Shown here: positions 1 to 12,386 of the stretch, piece after piece
How positions within the stretch are numbered: the first letter of the stretch is position 1
Layout of the letters: each line of letters opens with the position of its first letter
Assembly (NCBI GenBank): GCA_964016885.1
Contig: OZ024740.1
Coordinates: forward strand, 314,960,001 to 315,024,000
Origin: Eledone cirrhosa
Lineage: Eukaryota
DNA: 64,000 nt
Reading direction: 5' to 3'
The notes under the pieces: generated by a model
Databases searched by the model: none
The model's input: the letters and a program-made list of their open reading frames with translations, nothing else
Told to the model about the DNA's origin: nothing
Made by a program: the position numbers and the translations under genes

Positions 1-84
1 TCTTTAACAATGCTACTTTATTTTTCTTTGATTGATTTCTATTGATTTGTTTCTTTTGATTAGTTCATATTCATTATATATATA

Positions 85-300
85 TCTGTGGATTAGCAAT
101 ATTGGTAGAGCGCCGGGCAACATGCTTCGTGACATAGAGTTATGGCTCTTTACGTTCGGAGTTCAAATACCGTCGAGGTTAACTTTGCCTTTCATCCTTA
201 CGGGGTCGATAAAATAAAGTACCAGTAATGCACTGGGTCGATTTATTCGACGTTCCCCTCCCCTTCAAATTGCTGGCCTTGTGTCTAAAGTAGAAACAAC
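85..300 (+). mobile_element. tRNA-derived SINE (family A), near full length
   Basis: A-box-like TTAGCAATATTGG, B-box-like GTTCAAATACC, central GCCTTTCATCCTTACGGGGTCGATAAAATAAAGTACCAG, tail TGCTGGCCTTGTGTCTAAAGTAGAAAC; more than 10 similar copies in the window. Confidence 0.85.
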
Positions 301-316
301 TATATATGTATAAATG

Positions 317-399
<83 letters not shown>

Positions 400-499
400 C
401 AAAAATTGTGTTTATATGTACAAAATGGAATAAATAAAAGGCTCATTCTAGTAAAAAATAAAGAAATATATTTCTGTATTGAAAAAAAATTAGAACTAT

Positions 500-1540
500 T
501 GGTTCAAAATTTCTTCTTTTCATTTAGATGGTCCAATTAGTTCATTACACTATTCGACTCAGAGCTGAAACTAATTATTTCTAATGAACTGCAAAATAAC
601 ATCCTTCAACCTTTCCGCAGACATTTACTAAATATTTGTTGAAAATGTTTCTTGTTCAATAGATAATATTCAATCCATTCCTAACTTGAAAATTCTAAAA
701 TTGTAACAGTTGCCCAAGTACGAATACGTGTCATGTGAGGTTGATAATGTTAGATTTCATCATGTCATCCAAAAGCCCCGCGAGGAAACCGAAGTTTATA
801 ACACATTGGATGTAGATGACATGATAATTAGGAAACTCCTTTGGGGTTGGGGGTGGGGGCACATTTCTTGGATAAATTACAACATCCCTAATCTTTGGAA
901 GAGCTCCAGTTTTCAGTAATAAATACAATAATTATACTGCCTGATATTGGAACTTCGTATGTTTTAATTAACTTAACATATAATTATAACGAGGAATATC
1001 GTTTCAAATGATATCGATTACGTTAAGTAAATATTGAACATTTTAATGAACTTCCATCCAGTCTTACAGTGTTTCATTAGTTATATATAACTGATCATAC
1101 TGTGGACTTCCATTTTCAGGCCAAAGAAGTTGTATGTTAAGTTTCTCCATAAACTTGGAAACAATAAAACAATGTTGCTCTCATCCTTCAGATGAAGCAA
1201 AGAAGAGAGAACAATTATAACTGCTAATATCTTCAGTGGTATTTCCATTAAAATAACTCTCAATTCTTCTGGATACGGTCGTAGTTGAGAAGTTATAACG
1301 TATCCATTCTGACAGCAATTCACAGCTTCATTTATAGATCCACAGGCTTCACAATAGCTACAAAGAATATTCATATCATCAATGTTGTAAGATTCAACAA
1401 TCTTATTCCAGTATTCATGTCCTTCTCTATCATCCATAGCTTCTCTTCTATACTGGTGCTGTCCCCGTGCTCGTTCTGGCGATTCGATACTCTGCTCCTG
1501 TCTAAGCCTTTCCTTGTACCTTCTTATTCCTTCTCCTGTT
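500..1540 (-). pseudogene. Helitron RepHel N-terminal region, degenerate
   Basis: Broken frames give MNILCSYCEA..CCQNG..LRPYPEEL, ISSYNCSL, YCFQVYGE, PQYDQLYI, RDVVIYPR, HPMCYKLRFPRG, FNKYLVNVCGKVEG..QFIRNN, in the motif order of Helitron Rep proteins; many stops and frameshifts. Confidence 0.8.
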
Positions 1541-1646
1541 AGCTCACTGAAACTTTTATGTCTTTACTTATAAAGTAAAGACAAAAGTTTCAGTTCAGCA
1601 GATGATGTTAATTGCACTACAGCGCATGTGTTAAATAATTGACGAT

Positions 1647-1682
<36 letters not shown>

Positions 1683-1899
1683 CATTTTAGTTCAATAAAA
1701 AATACACCCCAAAACTACATTCTTCACGTTCCTCCTGCTTACAACACCCCCAACCACGACTGCCACCTCAATTAAGTTCCCAGTCGTAGTCATTTACTTA
1801 TATTAACGAACGACTTTACGAAAGACCTAAATATCACGTAATCACACCCCTTAATTCCATAAATTTAAGAATGTGTACGTCTCAAATTGTTCAAGCTGT

Positions 1900-2101
<202 letters not shown>

Positions 2102-2169
2102 ATATTTATATATCCATATATATACATGCATATATGCATATATACATATATATATATATATATTTAAAA

Positions 2170-2882
2170 TTTGGCCGTTTTGGAAGCCTCAACAATGCAG
2201 ATGGGTAAATCTCCGGGTTACAGAATCCGGTGGTGAAGAGAGAGATGTAAGAGGAAATGTAGAATGAGATGTATAGTGTGTAGAGGAACGTAGGAAAGAG
2301 CGTAAAAATAAAAATAATAACACGAGATAGAGTTACCTTGGGAGAGATTTAATTGTCCCTATATTTCGGATTTCGCATCCATCAACGAGGGGGGGGGGGG
2401 TTCCGAGGGGGGAAGTTACCTGTCGGAGAGGAAGAGTACGTGGCCTCTGTTGTCCGCGGTTTGTGTACAACTGAGATATTCTGTAGAGCGCGCGTGCGCT
2501 CGGAATAGGTGCGGTCAAGCAAAGGTCGAGGCAGTTCTTCTTTACTATCGGAGTGGGATGGTGCTTCGCTATCAATCCATTGTACTACCTATATTCAGTC
2601 TTTGATACTGGCAGTGTTGGTAGTCTGCCTGGTTGTCGCTTGTTGGTCGGTGGATGGTGGGTGCGCTATACACACAATAACAATCGTTCGGATGCCACTG
2701 TGTGTGTGTGTGTGCTGTTGTCTCGTTTGTTTACACCAGCCACCTCGTCTCGCTTCTCTCGGATCGGTTATTTATTTGTGCTCCTAGGCGTTTGATCCAA
2801 AGTGCTTCCTTGATTCGTAACGTTCCCACGTTGCGTTCTGTCGCTAGCACTATGACAATGGGCCCTCCGTCTTTGTTCCCGC

Positions 2883-2883
<1 letters not shown>
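2170..2883 (-). mobile_element. Penelope-like element 3' fragment (GIY-YIG C-terminus plus 3' region)
   Basis: Minus strand 2883->2731 reads [33 protein letters not shown]; degenerate hammerhead-like motif at ~2355-2395; flanked by (TA)n. Confidence 0.7.
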
Positions 2884-2924
<41 letters not shown>

Positions 2925-2929
2925 TATTA

Positions 2930-2971
<42 letters not shown>

Positions 2972-2976
2972 TATTA

Positions 2977-3043
<67 letters not shown>

Positions 3044-3046
<3 letters not shown>

Positions 3047-3367
3047 AATGGAAAAAATGAAACGAAATTTCATTTCTCACTCTTAATATGCATAAGGAAA
3101 CTATATACTTTCAGACGTTCAATCATCTGGCAGGAAGGTATACGATGCTGACGATAGCTAATAAGCTTGAAACTAGTACATCGTTCCTTTGTCAGTGTTG
3201 AACAAAAGGGCAACGATGGTTGCTAAACACTGTACGGCTTAATTCGGGGTGTTTATAACATTATAATAAATGTTCGGTAAAACCGATACGTACATATATA
3301 TATGTGTGCATGTATATATATATATACTGTACGTCTGTATACATATATGTATGTACGTATACATACT

Positions 3368-3370
<3 letters not shown>
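3044..3370 (+). mobile_element. Truncated copy of the hammerhead-bearing non-coding repeat unit (see 43070-43619)
   Basis: 3085-3370 aligns with 43257-43560; 3044-3085 is an inverted copy of the unit terminus; embedded in (TA)n. Confidence 0.8.
3142..3184 (+). ncRNA. Type I minimal hammerhead ribozyme
   Basis: Stem I ACGATG/CATCGT, core CTGACGA, stem II AGCT-AATA-AGCT closed by T.T, GAAA, palindromic short stem III ACTAGT, GTA cleavage triplet (cut after 3178). Confidence 0.85.
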
Positions 3371-3433
<63 letters not shown>

Positions 3434-3554
3434 ATCTCTCTTACTATCCCCCCCCCACACACACACAGATACATGTTTATACAAATTAAAGTAATTATTT
3501 ACTCATATACATACACAGTTCAGAATATTTCTCCATTACTGACTATTAAGATAT

Positions 3555-3910
3555 GAGGAAACTAAGAGTGGAGAGGGAAGTGCTACCTTCTAAGCAATTC
3601 GTTGAAAGGTGGATGAGAGTGGCGGGCATGGAGCTAGTGAATTGATCAGCTCTGGGTGTGCTCCTGTAGAGTGGAGAATAACTGGGAGGGGCACTTACCC
3701 TAGAGATCAGACTGACCGTGGCATTTTGTGGGCTTTGTCCACGAGTGACCCTCGGAAGTTTCCCGCCTATTGGGGAATTACTTTTTGTTTCGAATTTTTA
3801 CGTTTGTTGTTTTCGTTAAACCTTTTTTATACGAAAAACTCACCTTGTATTGTCCTGTGCCGTCATTAATGTTTTTCTTAATGTGTGTCCTGTGTGGTTA
3901 ATAAAGAAAC

Positions 3911-3911
<1 letters not shown>
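3555..3911 (+). mobile_element. Tx1/L1-clade LINE, 3'-terminal fragment (copy 1)
   Basis: Aligns to the ORF2 end and 3' UTR of the copy at 24920-25293; ends TGTGGTTAATAAAGAAACC followed by (TTA)n 3912-3992. Confidence 0.8.
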
Positions 3912-3987
<76 letters not shown>

Positions 3988-3992
3988 TTATT

Positions 3993-4050
3993 AATGCACT
4001 GGGTAATTGCTGGCCTTATGCCAAAAGTAGAAACAATTATTATTATTATT
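3993..4050 (+). mobile_element. SINE family A 3' tail fragment with (TTA)n
   Basis: AATGCACTGGGTAATTGCTGGCCTTATGCCAAAAGTAGAAACAATTATTATT. Confidence 0.75.
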
Positions 4051-7000
4051 GTTCTTTGAGTCTCAGTCATTGATGTTAGTTAACTGGAAAGTTTGTTGCA
4101 ATGAATATCAAGCCACTACCTGCAACCTCAGCTATTCAGGACGTATCGGAGGATTCTTGCTGTTCCCAGCAAGCATGCCTTTTGAAGTGTTCCAAAAAGC
4201 GGGGCAGGGCCAATTTTCTTTAACCATCCCTGGAAACTTTTTGAGATAGTACCTAGTGCGCCTATGACAATCGGGACCACTTTGACTTCATGGCAGTTCC
4301 AAATCCTTTTTACCTCCCACTTTAAGTCCTGGTATCGGTTAATTTTCTCCCTCTCCTTCTCTTGCACTTTCGTGTCGAATGGTCAGGCCACATCCACAAT
4401 CAGGCACGATCTTTTTTCCTTGTCCAAAACCACCAGGTCAGGTCTATTTTGTTCCAGTTTCTTGTCCGTCTGTATCCTAAAATTTCACAGCACCTTCACC
4501 TGATCGTTTTCTATCACCGACTCTGGCTTATGCTCATACCACTTCTCAGAATGTGGTAAATTGTTTACTTTGCATAGGTGCCAGTGGATCACCCTGCCCA
4601 TCACATCATGTCTCCAGCCTTTATAGTGAGTCTGGGCTAGGTGTTTACACTCGGATACAATGTGAGCCACAGTCTCCTCTCTCTCTCCACAGATCCTACA
4701 CAGTGGGCTAGCCTCCTCCTTGTAAATATGGTGTTTCAGCCACTTCGTTTTGAGGGCCTGCTCTTGCGCAGCCATTAGCATTCCTTCTGTAGCCTTTTTA
4801 AGGTCTCCTCTTTTCAACCAGTTCCATGTCTGTGGATCTCTAAATTCAGTTTTCTCAAAGAGGTACTATGAAGGGATTTTTCATGAAGGTTGCTCTTTCT
4901 CCTTGTTGTTATTTCCTCCTTGGACATCCCCTGGTCTATTTTCCTCTCCTTCAGTACAATTCTGAGCATTGGCTCCCTACTATCAGTCACGTATTTGTGT
5001 AGGGTGTTTTTCTCCATCTGAACACAGTCCTCTATGCTGATAAGGCCTCTTCCACCTTCAGATCTCCTTAAGTAGAGTCTATCGACATCACTCCTCTTAT
5101 GGAACATGTTGTAGATAGTCAATTTTTGTTCTTGACGTCATCAGCCTCCAGAACACCTAAATATTTGTATCCTTCTTCAGTATCAATTTCCTTTATCATC
5201 TCACCTGTTGGTACCTGGATTCCGTTGCTTCTGCTCAATTTACCCCTCTTCATCACAAGGACTCCACACTTACTAATACAAAATTCCATACATATATCAT
5301 TGCTGAAAATCCGGACAGTGTCAACAAGCACATCCGACTCCTTCTCACTCTTCCCGAAGAGCTTAAGATCGTCCATGAAGAGGAGGTGATTGATGGTAAG
5401 CTCTCCCTTTCCCAACTTGTATCCTGCTCTCACTTTTCGCAGTATAATGGTCAGGGGCATCAGGGCAAGGACAAACAACAGAGGGGACAAACTATCTCCC
5501 TGAAAGATACCTCTCTTGATCTTCACGCCTCCCAAGGATTCTCCGCCTGATGTTAACTCTGTTTTCCAGGACTTCATACTTTTGCTCAACAACTGTCTGA
5601 TGTTATCTGCCACCCTGAAGATCTCTAGGCAAGAATGAGGTACCATGTCGAATGCCTTTTTGTAGTCTATCCATCCCATGGCAAGACCAGTGTGTCTCCT
5701 CTTGCAATTCCTCATTACCATATTATCAATAAGTAACTGGTCCTTTGTACGACGGGACTTCTTTCGGCACCCTTTCTGTTCGTCCGGTAACAAGTTGTTT
5801 ATGTGGAGGTGATGATAGATTTCCTCAGACACAATGCTTGTTAACAGTTTCCACATTACGGACAGACATGTGATAGGTCTATAGTTGGTAACATCATTAC
5901 CCTTGATTCGGTCTTTCATTACCAGAACTGTGGTACCTTTTGTCAACCACTCTGGTACCTCACCTGACATCAAGCAGTCATTGAACATGGTTGTCAGTTT
6001 CGGGTGGAGGGATGTTATATTTTTAATCCAATACCCCTGCACACCATCTGGGCCTGGTGATTTCCAGTTGGTTAGTTTTCTAGCCTGCCCCTTAAGAGTT
6101 TCAACTGTGATACTCAAATCAGTTTGTTGGTGTGCCTGTTCACTAATCCCCTTTTGTACTGTCTCAATCCACACTGCCTGATCATTATGTTTAACATCCT
6201 GCTCCCATATTCCTCTCTAGAATGTTTTAGTTTGTTCCGCCTCAGGGATCAAGTCGTTGCCTCTTTCTTTCCCTTCAAGCTGTCCAAACAACATCTTCTG
6301 GTTGTTGTCAAACATGCGGTTCTGTCTATACTGACTGACTCTGCTCTCGTATCTCCTAATCTTTGCGCTCGTTGCTACAATGCGTTGCTTCAGTTCCTCT
6401 ATGATAATATTTAGCTTTTTCCTCCTAGTTTTGTACTTTATTTCCAGTCTATTTTTAGTGTCTATGTTTTGTAGTGTCCCATTCAGTAGGGACTCAAGCT
6501 TTCCAATGTCATTTCTCATTTCCCTGATTTGACAATTCAGTCGTTTCTTCCACCAAGGTTCTGATCTTTCTTGTTTGTTGTTTCCTCTCGCTTTTATGCC
6601 AAGTCATTTCCTCACCGCATTTGTTGTTGCTTTGAGGATAATTTTGCACTGGTGAAGGTTCCTCGCCTCAAGGTATGGGATGACTTTGTTTACCTTAGCT
6701 GTTGTTTCTTTTAACTTTTTCCTGTCTACAAATCTTAGGTTCATAGGTTTCCCACTATCATTGTTCATTTCATCTACCACTAAGTTTAGGATATCAACCA
6801 AATCTTGTCCTAGCCCGTCAGCATTCATTTCATCAATGGTCATATCTTTGTTCCAAGTATTATTTATTTCAGCATTCAGATCATTGTCTGCTTCGGATGC
6901 TTCCTCCGTTCTCTCAACCTCTTCACCTTCATCTCCCACTGGCTCGTTTGCTTGCCACTCTCCATTTCCAATCTAATCTCTCTGCTGAGTTCCTCCAGTT

Positions 7001-7470
7001 CCAGCTCGCTTATCCACCCATTAGTTCTTATTACCAGAGCCTGCCGGCCAATTTTTGTTCATCTAATTTAAATAGACCAATCTCGTTCCAGATTCTATGC
7101 ATCCGTTTCTTATAACCTTTTTCCTTGGGGTTACTCTTCAGGTAACATTGCATAACAGTTCTATTCAATTCTTTCGTCCAGTTGGTTCTGGTCCCTTTCC
7201 TTCTTCTTTTTCCTCCAACACAAGCAGTATCTGGATGACAGCCAGGTCCCTGCTGCTGAGCCAGGGAGCACCTGCTGGGTGAGAGTCTGTCACATGACAT
7301 TCCAGTCTCCACTTCACCGTTATTTGAACTGTTTAGGTTCGACATCGAAACACTCATATCGAGGATTGGTGAATGTATGGTTACATAACCACCGGTGATT
7401 TCATCACCCCCAGTGATTTGATCATCCCCGGTGATTTTAGCGTGGCACTATCACGCTGTAGACGAACATA
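4051..7470 (-). mobile_element. R4/Dong-like RT-RLE non-LTR retrotransposon, full length but disrupted (family 1)
   Basis: ORF pieces 7357->4128: NWTKELNRTVMQCY N-terminus, KSPGPDG, NYRPITCL, GIFQGDSLSPLLF, HLLFMDDLK, CRICGEREETVAHIVSEC, RHD, KINRYQDL; stops and frameshifts; 3' end followed by (TAA)n on its own strand. Confidence 0.9.
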
Positions 7471-7722
7471 AATAAATAAACAAATAAATAGGTAAAAACT
7501 TAAAAAAATAAGCATAAGTTTCATTGTAATGTAATGTTTGAATGTCTGACTTAGTTTTGTTTGTTTGTTTGTTTGTTTTTCTTTTCTTTACGTTTTTTGT
7601 TGCTGCTGTGCTGTTTTGATTTTAATTTTTGATTTTTTGATTTTTTGACCGGGTCATCAAATCAGTCTATTTATATCTTTTGATACCTTCCTCACTTAGT
7701 GGGAATACTACTATCCCTCTGT

Positions 7723-7880
7723 CTTAGCAGGAGGTAGTGGGAGAGAATAGCGGCGGTAGCGATAATGAGGCAGTGGTGGTGGTGCTGATGTGATAGTAGT
7801 ACTTAGCAGGAGGTAGTGGGAGAGAACAGCGGCGGTAGCGATAATGAGGCAGTGGTGGTGGTGGTGATATGATCGTAGTA
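7723..7880. repeat. 79-bp tandem duplication
   Basis: CTTAGCAGGAGGTAGTGGGAGAGAA... at 7723 and 7802. Confidence 0.9.
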
Positions 7881-8059
7881 CTGTAGTGATGGTGTTGAAG
7901 GTGAAGTAGAAATAGAAGTTGAAGTAACAGTTGGCTTGGCTAGATTTTTTTGTGTGGTAGTGGTGATGGTGGCGGCGGTGGTGGTGGTGTTGGTGGTGAA
8001 ATTATTTGTCTGTCTGTCCACGTAGCGATTTTCCTCTTTTTTGACTATAACATTTCTGA

Positions 8060-11000
8060 TCCAAAATCATGGAGTGTGAGGCGGGAGTGAAGTGGCAAAC
8101 GGTCTGCCACAAAAAAGAAAAAAGAAAAAAACCCCCTTAGATTCACCCTCCAAAAGCGAAGGTATAAAAAGAGGGGTAAAGGCAGCAAGGAAACTTGCAG
8201 CAACACCACCACCATCACCACCACAAACACCAACAACGCAAACACAAGACACACACACCAAACAGCAACAAGAAGAAAACAGCAACAAAATCACCCCTCC
8301 CCCCCAAAAAGTACACAGCCATAAACATGGCAAAAAAAGAACTCATACAATATATAAAGCAGCACACAGACATCACAGAAAAAAACTACTACACCCCACC
8401 AACACCAAGAACTCTCCCGACAAACATAAGCATCATCGAAATCTCAATAGAACAGTACAAACCTTTAAAACAAAAATTCCCCAACGCAGTTAGAGACTTC
8501 AGAGGGTCAGTTACCAAGAGGATATACACTGACATCCTCTTGGAAACACCCATGACCAGCGAAAGGGACGGTTCTACTGTCCCTTCACCACACGAACAAG
8601 GTAAGTGACCCTTTCTCACTTGCCCCGTTTCTCATCCAACATGGCTGTACTCAGAATAGGCAGTATAAATGCACGTGGCCTGGGGTCATCTTGGAAGCAG
8701 GGTCACCTGCTCAATGACTTCAGGTCACTAAACATAGATGTGGTGGCTATCAGTGAAACCAGAATCTCCGAAGCACAAGCCTTCGCACCGATTTTCGGCG
8801 GCTACGATGTATACGCATCTCCCAGCCGCCCAGGATAGGGGGGAGGGGTTGCCGTCCTTTTTCGGAGAGGCTTGGATCTCGCGATACGGGCCATCTTCCT
8901 AGACCCAGAAGGTAAGTCGGTGGTGCTGGACGTGACCGGCAGCGAAGGCAATGCTTTCAGGCTAGTAGCCGTCTACGCCCCAACAGGGGCAGGACGGCCA
9001 GATTTCTTCAGACGTCTAGAGACCTTTCTTGGAACGTCCCGCTCTTTAGTGTTAGTGGGCGACTGGAACGGTATCTTGGATGCACGCTGGGATCGTGTGG
9101 GGCTAGTGGATAGGGGAGGAGGGTGAAGAGACTCACCAACCTGCTCAGACGTTTTGAACTGTCTGGCAGGTATCGACTGGATCACCCGAATGTGCCAATG
9201 TGGACATGGACAAACCGCATCGGGTCATCCAGATCGTATCTCGATAGGGTATTCTGCAGAGAACTAGATAAGGCTAGTATAAGTTGTCCACAATTTAAAA
9301 TAGTCGACTACACAGACCACAAATTTGTGATCTGTGATATCAACATAGACAGACTTCATAGACAAGGGCCTGGTTACTGGAAGCTAAACGCGTCTTTCCC
9401 GGCGCGCAAAGCCTACAGAGACCGGATTAGCGTATTAGTTAAGCGGGCGTTGACGGAGCGGTCGTTAATAACAGGTGGTGGTTCGCCCTGAAAAGGCCAA
9501 TTAAAGTAGAGTCGATTAGGTTTAGCAAAGGAGTAGTGATAGAGGAAAATAGAGTAGAGGGAGAGCTAGTCAGAAAGCTAGAAGAGGCGTTTAGGACAGG
9601 CATCGCAACCGACGTGCTTGCGGCGAGATTGGCACTCGACCAATTCTTCAACGCAAAACACGAAGGCTGCGTTGTCAAAGCTAGAGCGCGTGCTCTAAAA
9701 CACGAGGGGACAAAAGCCGTCCAATGGGCCCGGGTGGCAGAGGCGCGACGTAGCAACAAAGCCACAATTCGGTCTTTGTCTGACCAAAACGGGTGCGTGA
9801 TGCTCGAACCCGAGCGGATGTGTGAAGCTTTTCAGCAGCACTTTGCTGAACTGTTCTGGAGCGGCGGCGGCCCGGATCGGGGCATGGACTTCAGTGCATA
9901 CCTCGATGGACTGCCTCGGCTCTCGACGACCGCAGTACAGTGTTGCGAAAAGCCAATAACAGCCGGTGAAATACGGGAAGCGATGGCTAACTGCACAAGG
10001 GGTAAATCGCCAGGTTTAGATGGTCTGCCCTACGAGCTTTATTTTGTTCGGTGACCTCTTGGCAGACGTCTACTGCAACTGGCAGCAGAACGGGAGCATT
10101 CCCAGTTTTGTGAGCCGGGGAGCAGTGGTGCTGCTGAGAAAAGACCCGAACAAGGGGGATGTTATCGATAATTTCAGGCCCATAACCCTGCTAAATGCAG
10201 AGTTCAAGATTTTGGCCAAGGTGTTAGCAACGAGGTTGGCGCTTGTCGTCAAGGGTCTGGTAGGAGAGGCGCAGACATGCGCCATTTGGACAGATCCATA
10301 CACGACAACCTCCACCTAATACGATACGTCATAGAGAGGGTGGTTAAGGAACCTGGTAATGGTGGGGCCTTGATCAACTTGGATCAATCCAAAGCATTCG
10401 ATAAGATCGACCATCGGTACCTGGCGGCAGCCCTCGAGGCAGCCGGTTTCGGACCTGTTTTCAGGGGTTGGATCGCAGTAATGTACAGCGACATCTGCTC
10501 AGTTGTGAGGGTGAACGGTCACCTATCGCAGCCGTTCAGCATCATGCGCTCAGTCCGCCAGGGTTGTCCCCTCTCGTCCCTCTTGTACGTATTGGCTCTC
10601 GAGCCGTTACTGCACAAACTGGGGTCGATGAGGGGCGTCCCACGCGAACTAGGATGCGGGAAATCCGAGTCGGCTTACGCTGACGACGTTACCGTGGTGG
10701 TGTCGAGCACCAGAAACGTCCAGATGCTCGGCACCGCTCTCAAGGAATACGAAGCGGTGACAGGAGCAAAGATAAACCAGGAAAAGTCGGTGGGCTTGCA
10801 GCTCGGCACCTGGAGAGGCAAGTCCATGCCGTCCGACAGCGTCGTGGGGCGTTGGACGGACGAACCGGTTAAATTGCTCGGGATCTGGTTCGGACCGGAC
10901 CTCCAGATGGAGAAAAACTGGAACGAGGTGACGAGCAGGGTGGCCTCCCTCACCCAGAAATGGGCTGAGCGGAAGCTGTCCCTGAAAGGCCGGGCGGAGG

Positions 11001-12349
11001 TGGCGAATGCGAACATCGCATCCGTCATCTGCTACCGCCTCACCGTCGTCCCTTGCTCCAGCCCAACTCTCACCAAAATGGAGCGCCTCCTCTTCCGCTT
11101 TTTGTGGAAGGGACGCGCTCCCATGGTCAGACGATCCATCTGCTGTCAACACCCGTTCCGTGGAGGACTGGGCATGCCATGGCTGATGATGCCCAAACAT
11201 GCGCTGAGGCTGCGACATCTCTGGTGCTTCCTTGCTGGTGAACGGGTGTGGTCGCCGTTCGCCAGGCACGTTTTCCCACAGCTCGTCTCCTTGACGGAGC
11301 TGCAGTCCTGGGTCAGAAAAAGACCGAGGGATAGCGCTTGGAAACTGGAATGTCTCCAGGCGCTCACTGCCCTCTGCCAGCTGGGCACCAGTATCGGTGG
11401 AACATCCACCTCGGCGTTTTATAGAGGACTAGTGGAGGGGAAGAGCGACGACATTCTCGGAGAGATCCTGGGCGTCGAAGAAGATCAGCTGTTTGCTCTC
11501 TTCCGGAGAACTTTCAGCCCGGGGCCTATGGATAACTTCCAAAAATCCCTGGCCTGGCAGTGCTACCGGGGAGCGCTGCCGGTTGGAGATAAGCTCTACA
11601 GGCATAGAAGTGCCGTCAGCCGAGCCTGTCCGAGATGCGCGCAGAGCGACGAAACCGTTGTGCACGCACTCGTTCAGTGCCCGAGCATTGCTGACTTGTG
11701 GAGCTATGTCGAACAGTTGCTGTCGCGTGTGGGACTGATCCGGTTGTCGACTGAGTCCATTGTGCAGATGGTCTCGCCGTCTTCCTTGGAGGAGGAAGGG
11801 CAGGCGGTTTTCATCTGCCCGGTGGCCATGGCGAAAGAGATTGTGTGGTGGACAAGGTTGAAAGTGTTAAAGACAGACACTTTCCTCTTCGGCGAATCCC
11901 TAATTAACTTTTTTAAGTTTCACTTGAAGAGGAAAATCAGGGTGGAGAGGCAAGTGCTGCTTTCTAGCAAGTTTGTTGAAAAGTGGGTGAATGTAGCGAG
12001 AATGGTCCGAGTGAACGATACCGCTCTGAATATACGTCTGTAGCTTGAGAGATGGAAAAATTGAGAGAGGGCGCTTGCCCTGGTGGTCAGGGTGGCCGTG
12101 GTCTTTTGTGTGGTTTTCGCCACGAGTAACCCTCGGAGGTTTCCCCCCTATTGAGGAATTTTTCATTGTTTCAATTTTCATTTTTATTGTTTATATATAT
12201 ATATATGTTTCTATGTCCTTTTTTTTCTTTTCTTATATAAATAATAAAAATATTTACACGCACAAAACCCACATCGTACCGTCCTGTACCGTCCTGTGCC
12301 GTCTGTAATGTTTTTCTTGATGTCAGCCCTTGTGGCCAATAAAGAAATC
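8060..12349 (+). mobile_element. Tx1/L1-clade LINE, 5'-truncated and disrupted (copy 2)
   Basis: ORF1 C-terminal half to 8608; ORF2 from ATG 8641 to 12043 with APE (INARGL, SET, GDWN, YLDR, TDH), RT (QGCPLS, YADD) and CPRC..HALVQC knuckle; TAG at 8836 plus frameshifts; (TTA)n tail 12350-12386. Confidence 0.92.
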
Positions 12350-12386
12350 ATTATTATTATTATTACTATTATTATTATTATTATTA

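Noticed and set aside
10649-11269. Antisense and alternate-frame ORFs within Tx1-like ORF2 (e.g. also 23507-24016, 29394-29903)
   Set aside because: Expected shadows of GC-rich coding sequence; recurrence reflects copy homology
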